A stretch of 33,684 bases of DNA from assembly GCA_001823505.1 (NCBI GenBank), contig MHUS01000016.1, positions 4,555 to 38,238 of the forward strand, in the 5' to 3' direction. The notes below the pieces were generated by a model, which saw nothing but the letters and a program-made list of their open reading frames with translations, was not told the origin of the DNA and made no database searches. The position numbers were made by a program, and so were the translations under genes. The stretch comes from Candidatus Yonathbacteria bacterium RIFCSPHIGHO2_01_FULL_51_10. GTDB lineage: Bacteria; Patescibacteriota; Minisyncoccia; Phycocordibacterales; UBA1539_B. This document shows positions 16,420-24,940 of the stretch, one piece after another (within the stretch, counting starts at the first letter, position 1; every line of letters starts with the position of its first letter).

Positions 16420-16535
16420 TTGTCTAACCAAAACAGCTAAGGGTGCAGTTTATATTTTTTCGCCTAACCAAAACAGCTAACGTTGCGGTACACCTTTCGC
16501 CTAACCAATCCGCCGGCTGGCGGAAGTTAAAGGTG
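16420..16535 (-). repeat. Three degenerate tandem copies (about 40-nt period) of the tRNA-Val 5' acceptor/D-arm segment
   Basis: Minus strand, aligned: CGCACCCTTAGCTCAGCTGGTTAGAGC (the tRNA itself), CTGCACCCTTAGCTGTTTTGGTTAGAC, CCGCAACGTTAGCTGTTTTGGTTAGGCGAAA, and CCGCCAGCCGGCGGATTGGTTAGGCGAAA. TTAGCTGTTTTGGTTAG and GGTTAGGCGAAA each occur twice exactly. Confidence 0.55.
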
Positions 16536-16615
16536 TGAACAAAAAAGAGTATACGGGAATTGGGCAATTTTATCCACTCAGCAAATCCTCCCAAGGACTC
16601 CCCTTGGAATTCTCC

Positions 16616-17125
16616 TTAAAAACAGGTACCTGTCGACAAGCAAGGCCAGGGCGCCGCCAGCCTAAGGTTCAAATCCCAAATAGCATAGGAGAGGTACGTC
16701 GCGAACACAACCCAAACCGCGTAAGGCACCAAAAGAAGCGCTGCCGTACGCGATGACTTCCAAATAAGGAGAACGAGCATGATCACCGTAAGGGCGAGGA
16801 TCGCCGCAGTAATGACCGCCAATCCAAGCAAGTGTACGCCAAAGAACGCTGCGCTCCACAACACATTCACCACCGCATTCATAATAAAAAAGCGGATGAT
16901 ATGCTTAAAGATCCACGTCCGTTCAACCTTATTCCATACAATAAGCGCGGAAATCGTAGCAAGGACGAAAAGCACGGTCCATACTGCGCCGATGATCGCT
17001 CCTGACGGTGTCCACGATGGAAGCGCTATCGTTTGATACCAATCCATTCCCCCGCTCGTAAGCAAGCTCCCTACGGTCGCAACAATGATTGTGATAAGTG
17101 GGATGATGATGTAGTTAGATTTCAT
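16616..17125 (-). CDS. tspO: TspO/MBR family tryptophan-rich sensory protein
   Basis: MDWYQTIALPSWTPSGAIIGAVWTVLF and LLLVPYAVWVVFATYLSYAIWDLN match the conserved TspO helices. Five TM segments. About 16 extra C-terminal residues follow the usual W-x-LN end. Confidence 0.85.
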   Translation of the reverse strand: MKSNYIIIPLITIIVATVGSLLTSGGMDWYQTIALPSWTPSGAIIGAVWTVLFVLATISALIVWNKVERTWIFKHIIRFFIMNAVVNVLWSAAFFGVHLLGLAVITAAILALTVIMLVLLIWKSSRTAALLLVPYAVWVVFATYLSYAIWDLNLRLAAPWPCLSTGTCF

Positions 17126-17199
17126 TTTGTTGTTGTACTGCTTTTAAAGACAACTCGGTGGACTACATCCGTGCGAATTGGAACCAAATACTTCGGTGG

Positions 17200-17433
17200 T
17201 TAGAAAATACTTGTGAGTGCTTCCCAAGCCAAAATAACAGCCATGCCTGGTATTGCGACAGTGCTATTAAACCTACATAATGTTCCGGTTTTTATGTAAT
17301 CAGACGATGAATATGGTGGTGGCGTGGTCGTCCACTGATGGCAATAATTTATTTCAACAGCCGCTGAAATCAAGGAAACTCCCAAAATGACGAGCGCTGC
17401 AATTCCTGCTATTTTCCAATAATTTTTCTTCAT
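17200..17433 (-). CDS. Small membrane protein (77 aa), AT-rich, function unknown
   Basis: MKKNYWKIAGIAALVILGVSLISAAV is a TM or signal segment. The track start at 17442 is a TTG, so the ATG at 17433 is preferred. Support is weak. Confidence 0.4.
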   Translation of the reverse strand: MKKNYWKIAGIAALVILGVSLISAAVEINYCHQWTTTPPPYSSSDYIKTGTLCRFNSTVAIPGMAVILAWEALTSIF

Positions 17434-17473
17434 CGTTATCAATAATTATTGCAAATTATGACTTTTTATAATT

Positions 17474-17547
17474 TGGTGGACCTAGGCGGAATCGGACCGC
17501 CGTCTGCGCAATGCGAATGCGCTGTGCTACCACTATACCATAGGCCC
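17474..17547 (-). tRNA. tRNA-Ala (anticodon CGC) with encoded CCA and non-canonical T-loop and D-stem
   Basis: GGGCCTA-TG-GTAT-AGTGGTA-GCAC-A-GCGCA-TTCGCAT-TGCGC-AGAC-GGCGG-TCCGATT-CCGCC-TAGGTCC-A-CCA. The G3:U70 Ala identity pair is present. The T-loop reads TCC instead of TTC, and there is an A12:C23 mismatch. Confidence 0.7.
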
Positions 17548-17691
17548 AAGTGAGGGATAAAGAAAGTGTTTACATTTTCTTTTCCCGAACGCAGGGTCTA
17601 TATTTTTAATATAGGCCCGAACGAGAGACGAAGAGGCGTTCCCTCCCACCTTCGTCCGAAAATCATACCGCAAACCCAACCGAAACGCAAA

Positions 17692-17721
17692 ACGCACGCC
17701 CCGACAATTCGGGGCGTGCGT
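17692..17721. terminator. Strong stem-loop terminator at the end of the glycan operon
   Basis: 13-bp perfect stem ACGCACGCCCCGA/TCGGGGCGTGCGT with loop CAAT. It is flanked by AAAA and TTTTTT and lies about 45 nt downstream of the GH8 stop. Confidence 0.75.
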
Positions 17722-17763
17722 TTTTTGATAAATTGTGTACGTTAGAGAAGAAACCTAATCTTC

Positions 17764-19305
17764 CTAATGCTTAACAAAGAGCGTAATTGACGTACTGCCA
17801 AGAACTGCACCGGTTACAGCATCATTCGCCGTAAACGTAACACGATAGGGTCCGTTTCCGCTCCACGTCCAATCATCAAAGAGTACTTTTGATTGTTTGT
17901 GTTTCATTGAATTGGTCATCGGAACAGCCGTCCTGCCGTCGACAGAATACGTGGCTGTGTAAGCAGAAAGTGGTAAACCTTCAATAAATACTTTAAGCTT
18001 TTTTTCTCCTGAGATTGTACCTCCGTCATACGGATGAATCACCGTTATTTGTTTCGAGCCGATGACAGGAAGAGTTGAGGGAATATCCCCGCTCACCGGC
18101 AACGAAGAAGTGGCTTGTATCGCCGAGCCCGTACTCGTATCTACAACAACCACAGGGTCATTTTGGGGAGAAACGGGTGGTGTTTGATCAACAGGAAGCA
18201 CCGGCGTTACTATCGTTATCGGTGGTAATGGCAAGGAAGGTGCACTCTCGTTGGCGTGAGCACGGTTAATGAAGGCGAGCGTAAGCACACGCAAACTTGC
18301 TCCGTAGTAATCAGTGCTTTGCATCGTCTTAAGTGTATTCTCCGCATTTGCGCGGTACAATGGATCCTTAGAGACAACGCTTGCTGCAGCGATACCGGAC
18401 GCGAATGTCGTATTCAAGTACGAAGTAGTCGGCTGACCGTCAAGGGTATACCCACTTGTCGGAGATGCGGTCTGCTCAAAGAAGGCATTTATCTGAGAAA
18501 GAATCTCGTATGCACGTGGATCTCCATTCTCAACAAAGTCCGCTCCAATGCGCCATGGAATACGTATCGCATTGTACGAAAAATCATCCTTACTGTTGTT
18601 CCATGTGATACGCGCGGCCGAGGTTCCATTCGCAGTCGTCCATTCAGGGATCAGGCCTGTTGTTGGATGACGAGCAAGAAAAAGAATCTCATACGCCTTG
18701 TCATTTACGCGCATCCACCCACTGTTCCCGGTAAACTGCGCAAATTCTCTATAGTATGTCGGTGCATAATACGAAGGATTTGTTGCGTCTGATCCACCCC
18801 ATACATCACCCGGCTTAAGCACATAGGTGTTAGGCTCAACCTCATACGTGTAAACTGCATCTATGTATGCATGAGCTTGGGATGCGTATGCATCACCCCA
18901 CTTATGGGTGGCGAGGAGAAGTGCGTAACTGATATCTTCATCCGCATCAGTGGCGCCGTTTTTCCCAACGACCGTACCATTTCGGTCAATTTTCCAATTC
19001 ATGAGCCCCCGCTCATTTCGGTTTCTCTCAGCGTACCGCCACAATGCATCAAATGTGGCGCGGTCATCATTCAGAACAGCAAGGAGCATTCCGTACCCCT
19101 GCCCCTCAGAGACAGTGGCGTCTTCTGAACGCGGATCTCTAACGCGTAATTCGTCTGTCTTTGCTCCACTTTGTACAACAAAGGCGGCCTTCCATGCCGC
19201 GTACTCCGCTGATATTGTTGACGTTTCTACCGTGGTTGCTGCTGATACTGCAAATAAAGGCGCGAATACAATGATTCCGAGCGCCGAAAGTACAAATTTA
19301 ACCAT
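17764..19305 (-). CDS. Secreted glycoside hydrolase family 8 (endo-beta-1,4-glucanase-like) with Pro-rich linker and C-terminal beta-rich (Ig/CBM-like) domain
   Basis: Signal peptide MVKFVLSALGIIVFAPLFAVSA. SEGQGYGMLLAV contains the catalytic Glu region. GATDADEDISYALLLATHKW matches the GH8 signature A-[ST]-D-[AG]-D-x2-[IM]-[AS]-x-[SA]-[LIVM]-[LIVMG]-x-A-x3-[FW]. Confidence 0.85.
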   Translation of the reverse strand: MVKFVLSALGIIVFAPLFAVSAATTVETSTISAEYAAWKAAFVVQSGAKTDELRVRDPRSEDATVSEGQGYGMLLAVLNDDRATFDALWRYAERNRNERGLMNWKIDRNGTVVGKNGATDADEDISYALLLATHKWGDAYASQAHAYIDAVYTYEVEPNTYVLKPGDVWGGSDATNPSYYAPTYYREFAQFTGNSGWMRVNDKAYEILFLARHPTTGLIPEWTTANGTSAARITWNNSKDDFSYNAIRIPWRIGADFVENGDPRAYEILSQINAFFEQTASPTSGYTLDGQPTTSYLNTTFASGIAAASVVSKDPLYRANAENTLKTMQSTDYYGASLRVLTLAFINRAHANESAPSLPLPPITIVTPVLPVDQTPPVSPQNDPVVVVDTSTGSAIQATSSLPVSGDIPSTLPVIGSKQITVIHPYDGGTISGEKKLKVFIEGLPLSAYTATYSVDGRTAVPMTNSMKHKQSKVLFDDWTWSGNGPYRVTFTANDAVTGAVLGSTSITLFVKH

Positions 19306-19386
19306 AAAATTCTTATAATCTAGTTACCCCACGTCTTTTACACGCAGGCTGCGACTTCTCCTAAAGACGTCGCAGCAAGTATTTTC

Positions 19387-21153
19387 TTACAACACTTTCT
19401 GTGGTGTAATTTCTGGGATACTTAATATGTCTCCCGGGTGAATTATCTTAGGATCTCTAATTCCGTTTATTTTTTGAATGCGCGAAAGCTGCAAGTAATC
19501 CCCATAATAACGAAAAGTGATCTTTGAAAGTGTCTCTCCGGGAGCAACCACATGTATCATTCCCTTAGGTATCTCTTCGCTCTCGGCCCAACTCTCGCCG
19601 GTGGGTGTTGGTGATGCCTTTGATGCGTACTCGGCCTGGTACACGTGCACCCAAAGATTTTTTGAAAATTGATGTTTTGCGATCTTCGTAAGATGAGTAT
19701 CTAGATACGTTTTACTTTCCTTGGAGCCATATAGATCCGTGCTCACAAGAAAAAAGATTCGACTGTGCCCAACCTTGATCGCCCGCAGATCCTGTTCAAG
19801 AATTTCATCCGTAATGGCGGGGATGCCTCCTTTTCGTTTATCCCAAATAGGATAGGTAGTGAGCATTGCGTCTCCATGGTAATAATATTGCGTGGGATAG
19901 ACAAGGTACGGCGGGCTTGCGACCACAATATCCCGTGGTCCGACTTGTGAGGAAATGTACTGCGTAGCCTCACGGTAATTCTCGCGCGTAGGAACTCGTG
20001 GATCAATAGACTGATTAATGAGGAGCACTGAAAGAACGGCCAAAAAGACGCCCCCAACCGCTATACGAGATCTCGTAGGAAGTTCACCAATGAACCACGC
20101 GACAAAAATAAACAGAAGTGGAGTAACAATGATAAAGTATCGACTTAAAAAAAGCGGCAAATACTGGCTTGCAATAAATCCGATTGCGACTGGCAAAAGA
20201 ATCCCAACGGGAAGGAGTAGGATAAGTGGCGAAGACGGAGCACGCTTAGAAAGAAAGAAGAAACTCCCGAGAATTAGGATCGGCCACCCGCCGACAAGCG
20301 ACGCGGTGAGCGTGTCGGTGTGAAAACCAAACATAAATTCATAGAACTGCAGAATAACATTGAACGCATCGGGCTTTTCAAGAATCGGCGCAAGAGAACC
20401 GGAACCATAGTTGGTAACAAGAAGATACAACCAGGGAACAAAGCCGGCAACAAGCACAGCACCGACTAGCACAAAACGACGAAGCATTGTTCGTTTTTCC
20501 CCCACTTGTTCCCCGGGTGGCCTGTCAGAAAAACGTACGCGCCACGTAAGGAAAAAATATACCAGCTGAACTAAAAGGATCAGGAAGAAAAAATAGTGTG
20601 TATACATGCCCACAATGTTTACGAGCGCGTATAGAACGTACCATCGCACCCGATTCTCCTTTAGAATCTTCACATATGCATAGTAAGAAAAAATGGTAAT
20701 AAGCGTTAGCAAAGAGTACATACGTATCTCTCGGCTATACCACACCCAAAAAGGAGACAGTGCGGCAATCGCTGTCGCATAGAGCGCCCATCGTGGTCGG
20801 ATAAACTCTCGCGCCAAGAAATAGAGTGCTGGAACTGAGAGAATTCCCGGAATGAGCGCGAGGGTACGCACCGAAGCCTCACTTGGCCCAAAAAGAAGCA
20901 TCCACAAGTGAAGCAATGAATTATGGAGGGGCAAATGAACATTTTTAAGCATGTATTCCCGAATAAAATCAAGTGAGTGCATTGCCTGCCAAACGCTCTG
21001 GGATTCGTCGAGACGTAGTCCCTCTGCACCAAGACCCCATACGCGCATGAAAAGACCAAATCCGATAATCGCCCAAATGGCAGAGATGGCAAGATCGTAC
21101 CAGCGAATGATGCCAAGTGAGGCCGATGGAGATGAAGACGATGATTGAGACAT
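19387..21153 (-). CDS. GT-C fold membrane glycosyltransferase (ArnT/PMT_2, GT39/83-like) with C-terminal LysM domain
   Basis: About 11-12 TM segments. The first-loop acidic motif is RLDESQSVWQA. The C-terminus HVVAPGETLSKITFRYYGDYLQLSRIQKINGIRDPKIIHPGDILSIP is a LysM motif. Confidence 0.8.
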   Translation of the reverse strand: MSQSSSSSPSASLGIIRWYDLAISAIWAIIGFGLFMRVWGLGAEGLRLDESQSVWQAMHSLDFIREYMLKNVHLPLHNSLLHLWMLLFGPSEASVRTLALIPGILSVPALYFLAREFIRPRWALYATAIAALSPFWVWYSREIRMYSLLTLITIFSYYAYVKILKENRVRWYVLYALVNIVGMYTHYFFFLILLVQLVYFFLTWRVRFSDRPPGEQVGEKRTMLRRFVLVGAVLVAGFVPWLYLLVTNYGSGSLAPILEKPDAFNVILQFYEFMFGFHTDTLTASLVGGWPILILGSFFFLSKRAPSSPLILLLPVGILLPVAIGFIASQYLPLFLSRYFIIVTPLLFIFVAWFIGELPTRSRIAVGGVFLAVLSVLLINQSIDPRVPTRENYREATQYISSQVGPRDIVVASPPYLVYPTQYYYHGDAMLTTYPIWDKRKGGIPAITDEILEQDLRAIKVGHSRIFFLVSTDLYGSKESKTYLDTHLTKIAKHQFSKNLWVHVYQAEYASKASPTPTGESWAESEEIPKGMIHVVAPGETLSKITFRYYGDYLQLSRIQKINGIRDPKIIHPGDILSIPEITPQKVL

Positions 21154-21166
21154 GGTAAATAGGAAA

Positions 21167-22741
21167 TTACTCAGAAGGTGTAATTATTTTACTCGATACG
21201 AGCGGGCCCTTCTTAAAGATCCCCATTGCCTGCTGAACAAAATCCGTTGCAACGGCACGCCATGGATACGCCTCTTGAATGAACGGCCAAAAGAATACTA
21301 CATTGAACAACACCCATGAAGCGTTAGTGATCACCGCCGGTGTCACGCCATCGCGATTGAGCGCGAACACGACACCAATCACACCAACGAGGACATACAC
21401 CATGTTGGGTATCGCGTATGAAATAAAGTTTCCTTTGTCGTGCACGACCTTTGAGGTGACTTTAAACCGCGTTTGTTTTCCTGTAACACTTGCAATGAGC
21501 GCCATAAGAAATACAAATGACGCCGCAATAGTGAGCTGAATTGCCCGAAACGTTATCGTATACGCAGTGGAACGTATGAGAAAATAAAGCGTCAAGAAGA
21601 TAAACGGTGCAAAATAGATCACAAAATTCCCCGTATAATCATCGACGGGAACAACGCCAAAAAAAAGAAAGAAGAGCGGGATAAATGCATCCATAAGCAC
21701 CACAAGACCATTCAAGTAGTAGCCTGCAGAATATAGGTACTGCATCTTCTGCGCAAAGGTAAGCCCCTTCCGGAACAGCGGATTGTACTTGAACATAACA
21801 TCAAGCGATCCTCGGGCCCAACGATACTGTTGTGCCGAGTATGCCTCCAGATCGATCGGCGCAAGCCCATGCGCAAGGATCTCAGGAAGATACAACGACT
21901 TCCATCCGCGTTCGTGGATAAAGAGTGACGCAAGAAAATCTTCAGCGATACTTTTCTCAGGAACACCACCCGCATCAAGAAGTGCCCGCCGACGGATAAG
22001 CGCATTTGTCCCGCACCAGAACGTCGCATTCATGCGATTTTTTCCTTGACAAATAGGTCCGAAGAAAAGTTCCTGCTGTTCCCATGCACCACGCGTGATA
22101 AAATTATCATCTCGGTTCTTATAATATTGCGGGGTCTGCACAAACGCCATTTTGGGATCGTTCATGTGTCCAATCGTCCTCATGAGGTAATCTTTGTGCG
22201 GAACATGATCTGCATCAAAAAGCGCAAAAAAAGGTGCCGTGGTTACTGAGAGAGCGTGATTTATATTTCCGGCTTTCGCTCCCCCGGGTGTCGTACGTGT
22301 GATGACATCGACGTTATGGTCGCGCCCAAGATCTTCGATGTCGCGCCAATTCGCCATCCCCGCAACCAACCCATCGTTTAAAATATGAACCTTGAGATCC
22401 GGGTAATCGATAAGTTTCGCCGCAGCAACCGTTTGCTCAACAATCTCGCGAGGTTCTCCGCACACCGTGATGAATATATCAACGGGTGGATATTCCTTTG
22501 GCTTAACATAAACCACATCATCTATTCGCCATACCGTATATAGATATCCAACTACCTGCCACACATGGTAGATCTCAGCGATTAAAAGCGCCCCATATAA
22601 CACCCATGAACCAACATGACTGAAATCAAGCCACCACGTCGCATAAAAAAGCACTGCGGCGAGATACACCATAGAGAGTATGCGCGGGATGCGCACAGTC
22701 TCAAATTTTTGCGGTGTAGTTTTAGTGGTATGAGGCATCAT
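21167..22741 (-). CDS. Processive family-2 glycosyltransferase, cellulose-synthase-like (BcsA/CelA-type catalytic core, no obvious PilZ domain)
   Basis: DIFITVCGEP, GAKAGNINHAL, FDADHVP, QTPQYY, FWCGTNALIRRRAL, IAEDFLAS (TED-like) and QQYRWARG (QxxRW). TM helices are present at both ends. Confidence 0.85.
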   Translation of the reverse strand: MMPHTTKTTPQKFETVRIPRILSMVYLAAVLFYATWWLDFSHVGSWVLYGALLIAEIYHVWQVVGYLYTVWRIDDVVYVKPKEYPPVDIFITVCGEPREIVEQTVAAAKLIDYPDLKVHILNDGLVAGMANWRDIEDLGRDHNVDVITRTTPGGAKAGNINHALSVTTAPFFALFDADHVPHKDYLMRTIGHMNDPKMAFVQTPQYYKNRDDNFITRGAWEQQELFFGPICQGKNRMNATFWCGTNALIRRRALLDAGGVPEKSIAEDFLASLFIHERGWKSLYLPEILAHGLAPIDLEAYSAQQYRWARGSLDVMFKYNPLFRKGLTFAQKMQYLYSAGYYLNGLVVLMDAFIPLFFLFFGVVPVDDYTGNFVIYFAPFIFLTLYFLIRSTAYTITFRAIQLTIAASFVFLMALIASVTGKQTRFKVTSKVVHDKGNFISYAIPNMVYVLVGVIGVVFALNRDGVTPAVITNASWVLFNVVFFWPFIQEAYPWRAVATDFVQQAMGIFKKGPLVSSKIITPSE

Positions 22742-22753
22742 ATATATGCGTTA

Positions 22754-24940
22754 TTAATCTAAAGAAAATAAATTGGGAATATTATCCGTATACATAGCCA
22801 TGCCGAACCACACCCAATTTTGTGCGTAATATCCGAGCCCTCCAACAAGATCCTCAATGTCAGCATCATAAAGAGGCGCGACCTTTGCTTTGAAAATTTC
22901 ATCCGCAAATAAAGGCTCCACTACAGCAAGCGAGGAGGCAAGCACCGCGTACACACTCTTGCTCTCCGAAGGTACGACTGGCTCACCATCATGCGCATAC
23001 GCACTGGATATCTGTAGCTGCGTACGCCACTCCCGTTTAAAGAAACCCATCTCTGAAAGATACGTGTACGCGCGTGGATCTCGATGCCATTTCCAATCAA
23101 GCGCTACCCGCCAAAGTATGCGAAAAGCATCATCGGAAAAATTCGTTGACTTATCGTTGTGGGTAGGGCGCATGATCGCGCCCGTTACCGGATCAAGAGA
23201 AACCCAATCGGGCGGAATGCCGGCACTCGTTGCCCCATCAAGCGGATCTTTTGTTGAGGTGATGAGTACATCATATGAAGTATTCTTGAGCAACAACCAC
23301 GGATGCGACGGATCAACTTCCGCAAAAATGGGGTATGCCGCAAAAGAAAAATATGATGGATTTATGGTCGGCCGTACTTCATCTTTTGCCCAATTTCCAG
23401 CAACAAGATACGGATTCCCTTTGACAACAACCACCTCTTCTTTCCAAATGTCTGCCAGAATTTCTTGCGCTTCTTCCATGTAATGATCCTGATTCCAACG
23501 CTTCGCGGCAAAAATAAGCGCAAGGGCGATATCTTGATCTGCGTCAGACGCTGTGTTCATTCCGTCTTGCTCATACATGACATCCCATTTTCCATCTGAA
23601 TTCTCCCCCCATAACCATGCAAAAAGTTGATCGTTGGGGCGCTTTCCCAAATTGTTATTCGTCCATTTAAGAACCTGATCAAATGTTGTCTTGTCGTCCA
23701 TCCACACAGCGCGAAGGAGCGAGTAGGACTGCCCCTCAGATGTAGTTAAATAACTACGATCGCGATCAACCGTTCGACCGTCTTTCTGAATTTTCTCGCG
23801 GTAGGCAGTCCACACACCTGCTACCGCTACTTCAGGATATGTTTCAAAAAACCTCACGTCACCGAGGGGAGACTCAGGCGACCTCTTTCCGAAGAACAAG
23901 GCGCTCCCTCCCGCGACCCCGATCAATATCACCGCAAGGATGACTACTCGCGCATATTTGAGTGAACGAGATCGCAATTGACCAACATAAAATCTAGGGC
24001 GCCAGAGGGCCAAGAGTCCAATAACCCCAAAAATGATTGTACCGACAAGAGTAGCAACATCAACGAAAATGACGCCCGAGAGAATAGTAGCGGATGAGAT
24101 TCCTCCTACGGAAAAACCGGCAAGCCATCCTGCCTCCATCGTGCCAATCCCGCCGATATTTGGTAGCGTGTTTACGAAGATCTGAACAGCGCCGGCAACA
24201 GTAAGAGCCATTAAAGGAACCGTAACGCCGACTGCTTTAAAAAATGCTCCGTATGTCGCAAACATGCACAACCATACAACGACCGAAAAAACTACCGCGC
24301 TTAAGTACACACGCTCCTCACGCAAGACGCGAAGTTCCCCAATAAATAAAGCCCCTTTTTGAGCGATCAACGTACCGCGCACCGGAAAGCGTTGTTCAAT
24401 GTGGCTGAGAAAACGCACAAGCGGCTCCTGATAAAAAGACGCGATCGCAATAATACTCATCGCACTTATGGCAACGACCCCTCCAATGAAAGCAATGACC
24501 CCCGCAACCATTCCCGTAGCCGGAACAAAGAATGCTGCACTAAAAAACAAAAACACTGCGACTACCGCAAAATCGAGAGCCCGATACGCTACGAGAGCTG
24601 ATACTGATGCTGCGTATCCCACACCGATTGATCGTACCCCGCCAATGAACGCAAGCTCCCCGAACGGGTTGGGGAACACGCGCACTGCCGCACCGTGTAT
24701 CGCGGTAATTGGAACAATAGAACGTAGGGGGATTTTTTTCTTAGGAAGTAACACACGAAAGCGAAGAGCCCGAACAAAATACGCCAGGGCGTAAGTAAGA
24801 AAACCAACAATAACCCACTGCGGATCTGCTGAGAGAAACGCGGCGCGGAGCTGATTTGGATCAATGAGAGGAACAAGGAAAATCAGCGTTCCGACCGTGA
24901 CGATCACCCCCGTGACAATTTTAATGATCGTACTTTTCAT
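22754..24940 (-). CDS. Fusion protein: N-terminal UPF0104 / lysyl-PG-synthase-type (flippase-like) TM domain plus C-terminal GH8 domain
   Basis: The N-terminal 340 aa are polytopic, with FLSADPQWVIVGFLTYALAYFVRALRFRVLL typical of UPF0104. The C-terminal half has SEGQSYSLLRAV and ASDADQDIALALIFAAKRW (GH8 signature). Confidence 0.8.
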   Translation of the reverse strand: MKSTIIKIVTGVIVTVGTLIFLVPLIDPNQLRAAFLSADPQWVIVGFLTYALAYFVRALRFRVLLPKKKIPLRSIVPITAIHGAAVRVFPNPFGELAFIGGVRSIGVGYAASVSALVAYRALDFAVVAVFLFFSAAFFVPATGMVAGVIAFIGGVVAISAMSIIAIASFYQEPLVRFLSHIEQRFPVRGTLIAQKGALFIGELRVLREERVYLSAVVFSVVVWLCMFATYGAFFKAVGVTVPLMALTVAGAVQIFVNTLPNIGGIGTMEAGWLAGFSVGGISSATILSGVIFVDVATLVGTIIFGVIGLLALWRPRFYVGQLRSRSLKYARVVILAVILIGVAGGSALFFGKRSPESPLGDVRFFETYPEVAVAGVWTAYREKIQKDGRTVDRDRSYLTTSEGQSYSLLRAVWMDDKTTFDQVLKWTNNNLGKRPNDQLFAWLWGENSDGKWDVMYEQDGMNTASDADQDIALALIFAAKRWNQDHYMEEAQEILADIWKEEVVVVKGNPYLVAGNWAKDEVRPTINPSYFSFAAYPIFAEVDPSHPWLLLKNTSYDVLITSTKDPLDGATSAGIPPDWVSLDPVTGAIMRPTHNDKSTNFSDDAFRILWRVALDWKWHRDPRAYTYLSEMGFFKREWRTQLQISSAYAHDGEPVVPSESKSVYAVLASSLAVVEPLFADEIFKAKVAPLYDADIEDLVGGLGYYAQNWVWFGMAMYTDNIPNLFSLD

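Noticed and set aside
16420-16535. Possible CRISPR array
   Set aside because: There are only three degenerate units with a period of about 40 nt, and no repeat/spacer alternation of CRISPR dimensions. The units are clearly derived from the adjacent tRNA-Val 5' end, and no cas genes are nearby.
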